From NCBI GenBank assembly GCA_035530075.1, contig DATKVM010000005.1, forward strand, positions 167,006 to 231,005: a stretch of DNA of 64,000 nt, written 5' to 3'. This DNA is from Patescibacteria group bacterium. GTDB taxonomy: Bacteria; Patescibacteriota; Microgenomatia; UM-FILTER-40-11. Shown piece after piece: positions 17,405-26,829 of the stretch (position 1 is its first letter; every line of letters starts with the position of its first letter). Below the pieces are notes generated by a model, which searched no databases, was not told the DNA's origin, and saw only the letters and a list, made by a program, of their open reading frames with translations. The translations under genes and the position numbers were made by a program.

Positions 17405-18526
17405 TTACTTAAGATACTGCCGGAAAAACTCCCAATCCCTTTGTCTTAAAAGATCACCGGTCTCTTTATAACGGTTAAAGTTGTGGTTTTCGCCCCGGTA
17501 AAGATAAAAATCGACACTCAAATCCTGGTCTCTTAGTCTCTCAACTAAGCCTCGAGTCCACTCAGTTTTAACCAGCTCATCCGCTAATCCTTGATGAACG
17601 ATAAAAGGAGCTTTTATTTGAGTGAAATATTCGGCGATAGAGAATTTTTTCGGGTCATTGGTCTTCAAAAATTCCTCGACTTTTTCCTTAACCGGATTAC
17701 CCACTTCCTCTTCTTTTCCCAGATAAACCGTTACGCTTTCCGGAAAACCCAGGGAAACCGGTGACCAAAGGCTCGTCGGGTAAGCCTGGCCGGTAATTTC
17801 CAGAATTGAAAGGGCAATTTGGCCGCCATTGGAATGACCCCATAAGCCGATTCGGCTATTGTCAGCTTGCGGCAGACTATCTATTACCCAAAGGAGATTA
17901 AGAACTTCTACCGGCCGGTAAAAACGAGCCAATAAAATATCTTTATCCTCCCAATCAGACCAGCCATAGCCCAAAAAATCAGGCGCTAAGGTTAAAAACC
18001 CATGCTCAGCCAAAAAATTCGCGCTTCTTTCCGTTCCCAAGCCAATATGATAAGTTTCCTGGTTAGCATAACCACGTAGCAGAATAATTACCGGAAATGG
18101 CCCCTTACCGGTGGGGATATTGGCCATCCCGGATATAGTTTTACCATCGGATTGATAAGTAAAAACATAGGTGTCGAAATTCTGACCTTTTTTAGTTAAA
18201 GAAGTCAGATTTATCTTCCCCAACTGAAATTCCCGAGCCGAAAGCGCTTCAAAAGTATAAGGAGCGTATTTATTTCCCCCCGGTAAAGATTTTTTCAAGG
18301 AAGAGGCCAAGGGGGAAACGATTTCTTCTCCCCTCCCCCAAAGCTGAAAAAGGCCTCCCGCCAAAAGGATAATTCCCCCAACAATTAACCCTCCGGCAAA
18401 CCATTTCCTCATAAACTTCCTAGGGCTAAAAGCCCTTGGTATTAATTCTAAGTTTTCAAGAGTTGGCAGAACTCTCAAACTTGTTTTGCCTTTAGGCTCG
18501 GAAGTTTGAAAGAGATGGGCATTCAC
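17405..18526 (-). CDS. membrane-anchored alpha/beta hydrolase (S9 peptidase/dienelactone hydrolase-like)
   Basis: Nucleophile elbow GHSNGG (GxSxG), a C-terminal Asp/His region and an N-terminal TM anchor. Confidence 0.7.
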   Translation of the reverse strand: MNAHLFQTSEPKGKTSLRVLPTLENLELIPRAFSPRKFMRKWFAGGLIVGGIILLAGGLFQLWGRGEEIVSPLASSLKKSLPGGNKYAPYTFEALSAREFQLGKINLTSLTKKGQNFDTYVFTYQSDGKTISGMANIPTGKGPFPVIILLRGYANQETYHIGLGTERSANFLAEHGFLTLAPDFLGYGWSDWEDKDILLARFYRPVEVLNLLWVIDSLPQADNSRIGLWGHSNGGQIALSILEITGQAYPTSLWSPVSLGFPESVTVYLGKEEEVGNPVKEKVEEFLKTNDPKKFSIAEYFTQIKAPFIVHQGLADELVKTEWTRGLVERLRDQDLSVDFYLYRGENHNFNRYKETGDLLRQRDWEFFRQYLK

Positions 18527-18872
18527 CCCAGGACTAAAAGTCCTAGGTACTCTGCCAACTCTTATAAGAAGATTTTAACAAAAGAAGACTTAGAAGGTTA
18601 ATAGTTCACAGTGCGGCAGCGATTTTCGGGTCTAGGCGTCATCTCTATAGCCCACTTAATTTTTAGCCTTTCCAGCCTTTCCCGCATTTCCTTGTTAATC
18701 CGGTAAGGCTTTTTTCTCTCATCGTCTTCAATGCCAGTGATTTGACTGACCAAAAAGTCCTTTAATCTCTCACAAGAAGGCATCTATTAAAGATTATAGC
18801 AAAAAGAATTGGCCCGATGTCAAGATGTTCATCGGACCGATTCCTTGCTACTTGCTACTTGCTACTGACTAC

Positions 18873-20534
18873 TTAGTACTCTCCCATTCCACCCATCCCG
18901 GCCGGCATACCGGCTCCACCAGCTGGCGGAGTCTTTTCCGGCTTATCGCAAATCAGGCACTCGGTCGTCAAAACCATACCAGCAACAGAAGCACCATTGC
19001 GCAAAGCTTCTTTAACCACTTTGGCCGGGTCAACAATTCCCACTTCAACCAAGTCAACTGGCTGGGCAGTAACTACCGACTGGATTTGCATTACATCAAA
19101 CCCCATTTGGTTTGACTTGGTTTCTCTTATCTTGGCCAAAAGCTCACCCGGATCAAATCCAGAGTTACTAATTAAGGTCTGGAAGGGGACTTCCAAGGCT
19201 TCCTTAACTACTTCATAGCCAATAACTTCATCTTTCGAGACGCCTTTGAGTTTACTCAAGTCCAAAGTACGAGCGATATTAAGTAAAGTGATTTCGCCGC
19301 CAGGGACTATGCCGCTCTCCATGGCCGCCTTAGTTGCTTCCACCGCATCTTTGACCCGCTCCAGTTTCTCTTTCATTTCCACTTCGGTGGCTGCCCCAAC
19401 ATTAATTTGCACCACTCCGCCGGAAAGCTTGGCCAGTCTCTCCTGAAGTTTTTCTTTATCAAAATCGCTGGTCGTGGTCTTAATTTCACTGCGGATTTGA
19501 TCAATCCGGGCCATAATCTTTTTAGGATCACCCTTACCACCGATAACTCGACAGTTGTCTTTGTCAACCCAAACTTTATCCGCCTGGCCGCAGTCTTCAG
19601 CCGTCACCGAATCAAGTTTCCGGCCGGTATCTTCGGAAATCACTGTCCCGCCGGTGAGGATAGCAATATCCTCAAGTATCGCTTTTCTGCGGTCACCAAA
19701 ACCTGGAGCTTTTACCGCTACCATGTTGAAGGTTCCGCGCAGCTTGTTAACGACCAAAGTGGCCAAAGCTTCACCCTCGACCTCATCGGCAATAACGACA
19801 AAGTTTTTGGTGACTTTGACAAGGTTTTCCAAGAAAGGCAGAATATCGGAAACGGCGGAAATTTTTTTGTCGGTAATTAGAATGTAAGGAGCTTCCACCT
19901 CCGCTTCCATCCGCTCAGGAATGGTAACAAAGTAAGCTGAGGCATAGCCCTTATCAAATTCCATTCCTTCTTTAAATTCCTTTTCCAACTCCAAGCCCTT
20001 TCCTTCCTCAACAGTGACTACCCCGTCTTTGCCGACTTTTTCCAAAGCCTCGGCAATCATCTCCCCAATTTGGGAATCACCGGCAGAAATAGTGGCTACT
20101 TGAGCAATCTCGGTCTTACCTTTAATTGACTTGGCTCTTTTGTCAATTTCTGCCAAAACTTCGGCCACTGCCCGATCAATGCCTCTTTTAACTTGCATCG
20201 CATTGGCACCGGCAGTAATGTTCTTCATTCCCCTGGCAGTAATGGCATAAGCAAGAATGGTCGAAGTAGTAGTTCCGTCTCCAGCCGTATCATTGGTCTT
20301 TGAAGCCGCTTCCTTAATCAAAGAAGCTCCCATATTCTCAAATGGGTCCTCAAGCTCAACCTCCTTGGCGACTGTCACTCCATCGTGAACAACACTCGGC
20401 GACCCCCACTTTTTGTCAATCGCCACGTTGCGGCCTTTCGGGCCCAAAGTGGTTGCCACCGCCTCGTTAACCTGTTTCATGCCATTAAGCAAAGCGGTTC
20501 TCGCTTCTTCTTTATATTTTAAAACCTTGGCCAT
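18873..20534 (-). CDS. groEL: chaperonin GroEL (Cpn60)
   Basis: 553 aa with canonical GroEL sequence throughout and a GGM-repeat C-terminus. Confidence 0.97.
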   Translation of the reverse strand: MAKVLKYKEEARTALLNGMKQVNEAVATTLGPKGRNVAIDKKWGSPSVVHDGVTVAKEVELEDPFENMGASLIKEAASKTNDTAGDGTTTSTILAYAITARGMKNITAGANAMQVKRGIDRAVAEVLAEIDKRAKSIKGKTEIAQVATISAGDSQIGEMIAEALEKVGKDGVVTVEEGKGLELEKEFKEGMEFDKGYASAYFVTIPERMEAEVEAPYILITDKKISAVSDILPFLENLVKVTKNFVVIADEVEGEALATLVVNKLRGTFNMVAVKAPGFGDRRKAILEDIAILTGGTVISEDTGRKLDSVTAEDCGQADKVWVDKDNCRVIGGKGDPKKIMARIDQIRSEIKTTTSDFDKEKLQERLAKLSGGVVQINVGAATEVEMKEKLERVKDAVEATKAAMESGIVPGGEITLLNIARTLDLSKLKGVSKDEVIGYEVVKEALEVPFQTLISNSGFDPGELLAKIRETKSNQMGFDVMQIQSVVTAQPVDLVEVGIVDPAKVVKEALRNGASVAGMVLTTECLICDKPEKTPPAGGAGMPAGMGGMGEY

Positions 20535-20593
20535 TTTTTTCTCCTTTACCCGCCTTAATTTTTGTCAAAAAGTATGGCGGGTTTCAACTCTAA

Positions 20594-20899
20594 TTAGGCC
20601 TCTACTGCCATAATATCTTCAAATTTAATAAACATGAGCTCTTTCTCGCCAACTTTATATTCATTGCCGCCCCATTTTTTGTAAATCACGGTATCTCCTA
20701 ATCTACAAGGCGCTTTTCTGGCGCACTTTGAGTCACCGCAGTCACAAGGCTCGGCTGGGCCAACAGCGAGAACTTTGCCTTTCTGGGGTTTTTCATCATG
20801 GGATTCGGGAAGAACAATTCCGGAAGAAGTCTGTTTAACTGCCTCTTCTGGCTCAATTAAGACATAGCCGGCAGTAGGTTTAAGATTTATTTTTGCCAT
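20594..20899 (-). CDS. groES: co-chaperonin GroES (Cpn10) with Cys-rich roof insertion
   Basis: GroES fold motifs are present (PTAGYVLIEPEE, GKVLAVG, LMFIKFEDIMAVEA). The roof hairpin is replaced by CDCGDSKCARKAPC. Confidence 0.9.
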   Translation of the reverse strand: MAKINLKPTAGYVLIEPEEAVKQTSSGIVLPESHDEKPQKGKVLAVGPAEPCDCGDSKCARKAPCRLGDTVIYKKWGGNEYKVGEKELMFIKFEDIMAVEA

Positions 20900-20978
20900 A
20901 GGTTTTAGAAATAGTAATTATTAACTTACTAACACTAGGAATTGTCACTTGAAGAATACGATTGCTATTATATATGGC

Positions 20979-21881
20979 CTATTGTAAAATTGTCAAGTCC
21001 TTCAACTTCTCTTCGTATTGTCGCCGAATTTTCGGTTCTAAATCAAGCGGGTGGAAAAAGGCTTGGTGGAGAGAGACTTTTTCGGAGGTCATTTTTGGTT
21101 TCATATATTGGTGTTGCAATGCAAAAGCAACTTTATTTAAAACAGCAATGAAACAGTCGAACAATGAAACAATTGCCTTTACAGGCTGACTATTGCTATA
21201 TTGCTTCATTGCTTCATTGTTGAGAGCATTGGGGAGATAATCTTTTACCCACTGATTCCCCCACAGAAATTTCTCATGAACACGATCTTTATTCAAAAGT
21301 GGTTTCATTTGGCAAACCTCATGAGCTAAAAAAAGATTATGTGGGGAAATCTCCAAATGATTCTCTTCAAGAAAAAGATTAAAACAGATTTTGTTTGTGA
21401 CCTTTGTCTCTCCCGGCTTCCTGCGGGCTATTTTCATCAGTGGCGAAAGCATTACAATCAATAATCGCACCAGCCACAGACATCCCGCAGAAGTAATTAC
21501 TAAAAGGTCGATATCGTCCTCTCTTTTGCAATTATTCATGGCCAAAGCACCGGTAACTCCAATCAACCGAATCCCAGGAATTCTTTCTAACTTTGCCGCT
21601 GTTTTTTGGGCAATCACCCACTTCTCTCTCGCCCACTTTTCTCTCTTTTTCCTCAGCTCAACAATTTTTTCTCTCCCCCTTAAAAAAAACCATTCCCCGT
21701 CCGTGTCAATCTGCTTTAAATCCGCGATAATCCTTAACAAGGCCTTTTGGGTAGTTTTAATCCCAACTTCATTGCCGCCGATCAAAAACTTCCTCAACTC
21801 TTCGAGGGTTAAGGGATAATCAAAAACATCAGCATAAATTAGCGCTTGGAGAACTCCCCCTGAATCTCTAAGGCTTTGCAT
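20979..21881 (-). CDS. predicted nucleotidyltransferase (Pol-beta superfamily) domain protein
   Basis: 300 aa with a minimal NTase motif hG[GS]x9-13DxD (GVTGALAMNNCKREDDIDLLVI). Confidence 0.45.
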   Translation of the reverse strand: MQSLRDSGGVLQALIYADVFDYPLTLEELRKFLIGGNEVGIKTTQKALLRIIADLKQIDTDGEWFFLRGREKIVELRKKREKWAREKWVIAQKTAAKLERIPGIRLIGVTGALAMNNCKREDDIDLLVITSAGCLWLVRLLIVMLSPLMKIARRKPGETKVTNKICFNLFLEENHLEISPHNLFLAHEVCQMKPLLNKDRVHEKFLWGNQWVKDYLPNALNNEAMKQYSNSQPVKAIVSLFDCFIAVLNKVAFALQHQYMKPKMTSEKVSLHQAFFHPLDLEPKIRRQYEEKLKDLTILQ

Positions 21882-21889
21882 CTTTGCAT

Positions 21890-23383
21890 CTACTTGGCCA
21901 CCCCGTATTGTCTCAAGACTTGGGTAATCCCCTGACTAGCAGTGGTCAGAGCAGCCAGTGGATCTCCGCCCAGATTAACAACATTAACCGCATCTTCATA
22001 ATATTTAATTAACTGGTCGTTTAGGCCATTATCGCCGGTTCGAGAAGCCAAATACCAACCTTGAGCATAAGGCGCTTGCTCTATAAAAGCCCCGACGAAG
22101 GGCTGCCCCTTCAAGCTATTGGCCAAATCGACTCGGGAATAAGGTTCGCCAAAAAGCCTCAGGGCACTTTGAGTCTGATAGAGTTTTTGCATTACCTCGT
22201 TGGAGGAAAGGTACTTCAAGAATTCCCAAGCCTCAGCTTGATGTTTGGAATTTTTGGAAACCACTTCGACCCAGAAACTTGCCCAAGCCACATTTTTACC
22301 TTCTAATTGAGGCACCGGGACAATTTTGAAATTAAGATTGGAGTTTAGCTGCTTAATCTCAAAAACTTCCCAAGATGGGCCGAGATACATCGCCACACTA
22401 CCGGTAGCAAAGGCGTAAGTTGAGGTAGGCATAAGCTCATCCCAAACCGCTCCCGTATTCATTCCTTCATCTTCACAGGCCTGGCTGCTGGCAAAAAGAG
22501 TGTAAAAAGTGAGAGCGTCTCGCCCCAAACAAACCTCTCCCCCCTCCAAACCCGAACTACTTTCTTGACTACAAAAAGCGGGGTTGGCCAAATTGGCGTC
22601 ATTTTGGAGCATCATTAGACCTAAAATATCCGACCAATGTTCCACATTTTTCGTCGTTCCCAAAGCGACGCCGGCAGTTCGAATCTTTCCCTGATTGTCT
22701 TTAACCGTTAGCTCGCAAGCCACTTTTTTGAGCTCTCCCCATGTGCGCGGTGGCGTCTTCCCGGCCGCCCGAAAAAGGTCCTCATTATAAAAAAGGGCCA
22801 AACCGTCGAACTCTAAAGGGATAGCCATATATTGACCCTGGAAACGCAGCATCTCTTGAGCTGAGGGATAAAAAGTCTGCTCAAAAGCAGCCGCATCGTA
22901 AACATTCGCCGGTAGCGGTGATAAAAAACTGCCAAGCATGGGAATCCAAGTCTGGTGAATTCGAAAAATATCCGGGCCCTCATTCCGACCTAACGCTGCT
23001 TGCAGTCTCTCTCGATAGGTTTTTAAATTCTCTTGAGAGTAATTAATTTTTATTTTGGGGTGAGTTTTTTCAAAGTCTGCAATAACTTGCTGAAAAACTG
23101 AAGGAGGCTCAAAAAGTCCCCAATAAGTCAGAACCACCTTGGTTTGAGTTGCATTTCTCCTTAAAAAAATGGTAAAAATTGACAAAACCAATCCCAAGAT
23201 CAAAATTGCCGCTAAGCCCAAAAGAATTTTTTTGGTTCTTGAATTCCTGGTTGGCGCAGGGGAAAATGAGGGCGGGTTACTCGCCAAAGGCGGCGCCGAA
23301 GCGCTGACCGACGCTGGCGTTCCCGGAGAAACGGGTGGCAGAGTGGTTGCAAGAGGAGTTGTCGGCAATGAACTTATCTCCAT
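21890..23383 (-). CDS. ABC transporter extracellular solute-binding protein (family 1, sugar-type), membrane-anchored
   Basis: 497 aa. An N-terminal Pro/Ser-rich segment and TM helix precede a periplasmic-binding-protein-like domain (sugar SBP-like). Confidence 0.75.
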   Translation of the reverse strand: MEISSLPTTPLATTLPPVSPGTPASVSASAPPLASNPPSFSPAPTRNSRTKKILLGLAAILILGLVLSIFTIFLRRNATQTKVVLTYWGLFEPPSVFQQVIADFEKTHPKIKINYSQENLKTYRERLQAALGRNEGPDIFRIHQTWIPMLGSFLSPLPANVYDAAAFEQTFYPSAQEMLRFQGQYMAIPLEFDGLALFYNEDLFRAAGKTPPRTWGELKKVACELTVKDNQGKIRTAGVALGTTKNVEHWSDILGLMMLQNDANLANPAFCSQESSSGLEGGEVCLGRDALTFYTLFASSQACEDEGMNTGAVWDELMPTSTYAFATGSVAMYLGPSWEVFEIKQLNSNLNFKIVPVPQLEGKNVAWASFWVEVVSKNSKHQAEAWEFLKYLSSNEVMQKLYQTQSALRLFGEPYSRVDLANSLKGQPFVGAFIEQAPYAQGWYLASRTGDNGLNDQLIKYYEDAVNVVNLGGDPLAALTTASQGITQVLRQYGVAK

Positions 23384-25185
23384 GGCGAGCGATTAAAAAA
23401 GTCGCTAAAAACATAATAAAAAAAATTCCGAAGGAAAACAAGGAAAAACGGCTAAATTGGCTCGGTTTTGTTCTCGTTATACTGCTGGGAACCCCCTTGG
23501 CCATTTTGTCCGCCTATCTTTTAGCCTTTAAGAACCGAGCTTACCCCCGCGTGACGATTTGCCAAACCCCCCTTTTAGGTAAAAGTCAAAATGAAGTTTT
23601 TCTTTTCTTAACCAGCATCATTGAAACTCAAGCTCAACCAGAAATCATTCTTACTTCCCAAAAACAGAATCGCTCTTTGAATTTATCCTCTCTGCAATAC
23701 CAACCGACAATAACCACTCAAAAAATCATCCGGGCCGGCCGAGGCAAATTTCCCTTAGAATACTTAAAACAGCTGATTCTGGTTACTTATCAAGGCAAAG
23801 ACTTTGTCTTTGATTTCCAAATTGATGAGAAGAAGCTTGAGGCCCAAATTAGTGATATCGCCGCCGAGCTTTACTTACCAGCCGTTGAACCATCAATCAA
23901 AATTAATCAAGATGCCCAGAAAAAAAAGACCGTATCCGTAGAGAAAGGAGAAAATGGTCAAGAGGTTAATTCAAAAAAGCTAAAAGAAAGTCTTTTCCAA
24001 ACCCTCGCTTGCCCTCAGTCAAAGGCTAATCTCTCTATTCCTTTAACTATCATTACTCCCGCTATTTCTCCAGAAATGGCAGCCGCCACCGAAAAAAGGG
24101 CCGAACTTTTCCTGAATAAACAAATCGGGCTTAAATTAGATGACCAAAGTTGGACTACCAAAGATGAAGAGATAATAAGTTTCCTTTCCTTTGCCGGTGG
24201 TTTTGACCGCACCAGAATCACCGAATTCGCCCAAAATTTGGCCAAAACGGTAAACCGCCCGGCTGAAGACGCTGCTTTTCATTTTGAAAACAATCGGGTA
24301 ACGCTTTTCCGTCCTTCTCGAGAGGGGATTGCCCTAGAAGAAGACCGCTTTGGCAATGAATTTGAGGAAGCTTTATCTTCACTCGAAGAGGGCGAGGAAA
24401 AAGAGGAAATAATCATTCCTGTTAATAAAACCCCGGCTAAAATTTCGACCGGGGATGTCAATTCCCTGGGAATTAAAGAACTCCTGGGGCGCGGCAGCTC
24501 ATTTTTTTACGGCTCTATCAGCGAAAGAGTTCATAACCTCAATCTAGCCAGCTTGAAAATAAATGGCACTTTAATCGGCCCCGGTGAAGAGTTTTCTTTT
24601 AACCGTACTTTAGGCGATGTTTCCGCTGACACCGGTTTTAAACAAGCTTACATTATTAAAGACGGGCGCACGGTTTTAGGCGACGGCGGAGGCGTTTGCC
24701 AAGTCTCCACTACTCTTTTCCGAGCGACTTTCAACGCTGGTTTACCGATTACCGAAAGACATGCCCACGCTTATCGAGTTCACTATTATGAAGATGATTT
24801 AGGCCCCGGTTTTGATGCGACCGTTTTCGACCCTACTGCCGACTTGAAATTTAAAAATAATACTCCCGCCCATATATTAATTCAAAGATCAATTAACCTT
24901 AAAACTAAGCAATTGGCCTTTGAAATTTATGGCACTAGCGACGGTCGAAAAGTGGAGATTTCCAAAGCAAAAGTTTGGGACAAAGTGCCCCCCCCACCCG
25001 ATCTTTACCAAGACGACCCGACTTTGCCAGCGGGAGCGATTAAACAGATTGACTGGAAGGCTTGGGGAGCCAAAGCCTCTTTTGACTATAAAGTTACTCG
25101 TGGGGGCGAAGTACTAGAAAAGAAAACTTTCTATTCTTATTACAAACCCTGGCAAGCAGTGTATTTAAGAGGAACAGGACAATAA
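23335..25185 (+). CDS. VanW family protein
   Basis: 616 aa with an N-terminal TM. The VanW core is GGGVCQVSTTLFRATFNAGLPITERHAHAYRVHYY. Confidence 0.8.
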   Translation: MAEWLQEELSAMNLSPWRAIKKVAKNIIKKIPKENKEKRLNWLGFVLVILLGTPLAILSAYLLAFKNRAYPRVTICQTPLLGKSQNEVFLFLTSIIETQAQPEIILTSQKQNRSLNLSSLQYQPTITTQKIIRAGRGKFPLEYLKQLILVTYQGKDFVFDFQIDEKKLEAQISDIAAELYLPAVEPSIKINQDAQKKKTVSVEKGENGQEVNSKKLKESLFQTLACPQSKANLSIPLTIITPAISPEMAAATEKRAELFLNKQIGLKLDDQSWTTKDEEIISFLSFAGGFDRTRITEFAQNLAKTVNRPAEDAAFHFENNRVTLFRPSREGIALEEDRFGNEFEEALSSLEEGEEKEEIIIPVNKTPAKISTGDVNSLGIKELLGRGSSFFYGSISERVHNLNLASLKINGTLIGPGEEFSFNRTLGDVSADTGFKQAYIIKDGRTVLGDGGGVCQVSTTLFRATFNAGLPITERHAHAYRVHYYEDDLGPGFDATVFDPTADLKFKNNTPAHILIQRSINLKTKQLAFEIYGTSDGRKVEISKAKVWDKVPPPPDLYQDDPTLPAGAIKQIDWKAWGAKASFDYKVTRGGEVLEKKTFYSYYKPWQAVYLRGTGQ

Positions 25186-26790
25186 CTACTTAATCACGTT
25201 TAGGGCTTCCTCCCGTTTCTCACGCAAGAATTGACGCCATCCTTCAATAATTTCCAGCAAGGTCTTAAACGGCGCTTCTAGAATAATATCAAATATAAAA
25301 ACAAAGATGTTTACTTCTTTTAGGCCGGTGGAGATCGCCCGACCCACCTTAACAAAAGGCAGCATAAAAAAATCCAAAGTGGTGGAGACAAAATTGGCAC
25401 CTTCTTCTCCTACCACTAATTCTTTGAAAGAGGAGCGGATGCGGAAAGCAAAAAAAGCAATTGAGGAGAGAAAGAAAAAGAAAATTCCTAGCGAAACCAA
25501 AGAGAAGTTAAGCCTACTCAAGACAAAAACCGTCAAACCAAAGGTCAGCAAAAAAGCCAGGCCGTAAAAGAAACGGAAAAGAAAAGTTAAGAAAGGAGAT
25601 TTTTGACTGGAAAAATCAATCTTTAGCGGTGTAAGCCCGCTTTCGCCAAAAGTCATCACTAAAATGTCTTCCACAATTCTTCGCGTATTTTCTTTAGTCG
25701 GCATCTCCACCGTTAACGCCATAAAAAGCATCAGCGAAGGCGGGAAAAAGAGGTTAATTAAAATCGGCAAAAAGTTAACGTGACTGGCGACATAAAGCTC
25801 ATAAGGAATTTCAATTGCCAAAGCAAAAACCATCTTGGTAACAAAAATATAAACAAAAGAGTTGGCGGCACTGCGCCTTAAGGTCGAGAGGGCTCGCCGG
25901 TATCGTCCCGCCGCGGCAGTTTCTGCCGCTTTCGCTAATTTATCAGACGAAGAAAAAGTTTCCTCCACTTCCACAAAACCTTGATTGATTAAATCTCTTA
26001 AAATCTCAAATGGGGCAATTTGCTTTTTTAAAAGCCGCATTAGCGGTTCTCCTTGGCTCTCGCTTAAAAGCTTTCTAAGGGTGGAGTCCGCCTCAGTAAA
26101 GTTTTTGGCCGTTAAGATAATTTCTTTTTCCGTTGCCTCACTCCAAAAAGGAAAATACAGCCGCCATAGGTGAAAATATATCGTTCGGTCCTCATCTTTC
26201 GATAGCGCTCTCATTAAGGCAATCAGCAACCGGGTTCTTTTTTCTTCATCACTACCACCGCTAGGCCAAATCACCCTTTTTTCAATCTTTTTCAAGGCAA
26301 AATTGATGAGTAAATCCTCATTTGAAGGAACGAAAATCTCCTCAGTTTCCCGCCCGGCTAAAGAAAGCAAAAAATCCCAAAGGCTTTCCCCGTTTTCCAG
26401 CCTCCTCTGACCAAGGTGTCGATAAAGCAAGAAATACTTATCCAAGATTCTTTTGGCAATTGTTACTTTCTCCTCACTCAAAAACCCGTTGCTTAAATAG
26501 CGAGCCATCAAAAGCTCTCCCACTAATTCTTCAATTAATTTTTGGGGGTTCGTTTCCGTCTTAGTCCTTCTTACAAGAATCCGAGTAATTGCTCGCCGTA
26601 AGAGCAAATGCTCCTCCTGATAATCAACGAAGTTCCTGGCTTTTTCATAAATGAAAGCAAAAAGGCCAACGGCGGAGGAAAGGCTAATTTTAGGCTTTTG
26701 TCCGTCCGCCTGCTTTTCCTTATCTCTTTCCGCCAAAAAATAAATTAGATGTTGGGCATCTTGGGAAAGCATCGTAGGTGATTTTAGCAT
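25186..26790 (-). CDS. hypothetical integral membrane protein (large cytoplasmic N-domain, C-terminal multi-TM)
   Basis: Listed ORF 25186..27024 trimmed to the ATG at 26790. The 5' extension would overlap valS by 195 nt. The C-terminal third has 5 to 6 hydrophobic helices. Confidence 0.5.
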   Translation of the reverse strand: MLKSPTMLSQDAQHLIYFLAERDKEKQADGQKPKISLSSAVGLFAFIYEKARNFVDYQEEHLLLRRAITRILVRRTKTETNPQKLIEELVGELLMARYLSNGFLSEEKVTIAKRILDKYFLLYRHLGQRRLENGESLWDFLLSLAGRETEEIFVPSNEDLLINFALKKIEKRVIWPSGGSDEEKRTRLLIALMRALSKDEDRTIYFHLWRLYFPFWSEATEKEIILTAKNFTEADSTLRKLLSESQGEPLMRLLKKQIAPFEILRDLINQGFVEVEETFSSSDKLAKAAETAAAGRYRRALSTLRRSAANSFVYIFVTKMVFALAIEIPYELYVASHVNFLPILINLFFPPSLMLFMALTVEMPTKENTRRIVEDILVMTFGESGLTPLKIDFSSQKSPFLTFLFRFFYGLAFLLTFGLTVFVLSRLNFSLVSLGIFFFFLSSIAFFAFRIRSSFKELVVGEEGANFVSTTLDFFMLPFVKVGRAISTGLKEVNIFVFIFDIILEAPFKTLLEIIEGWRQFLREKREEALNVIK

Positions 26791-26829
26791 AACTCGCGGC
26801 TGAAGGTAAAAAGTGATAAAATAAGGCCT

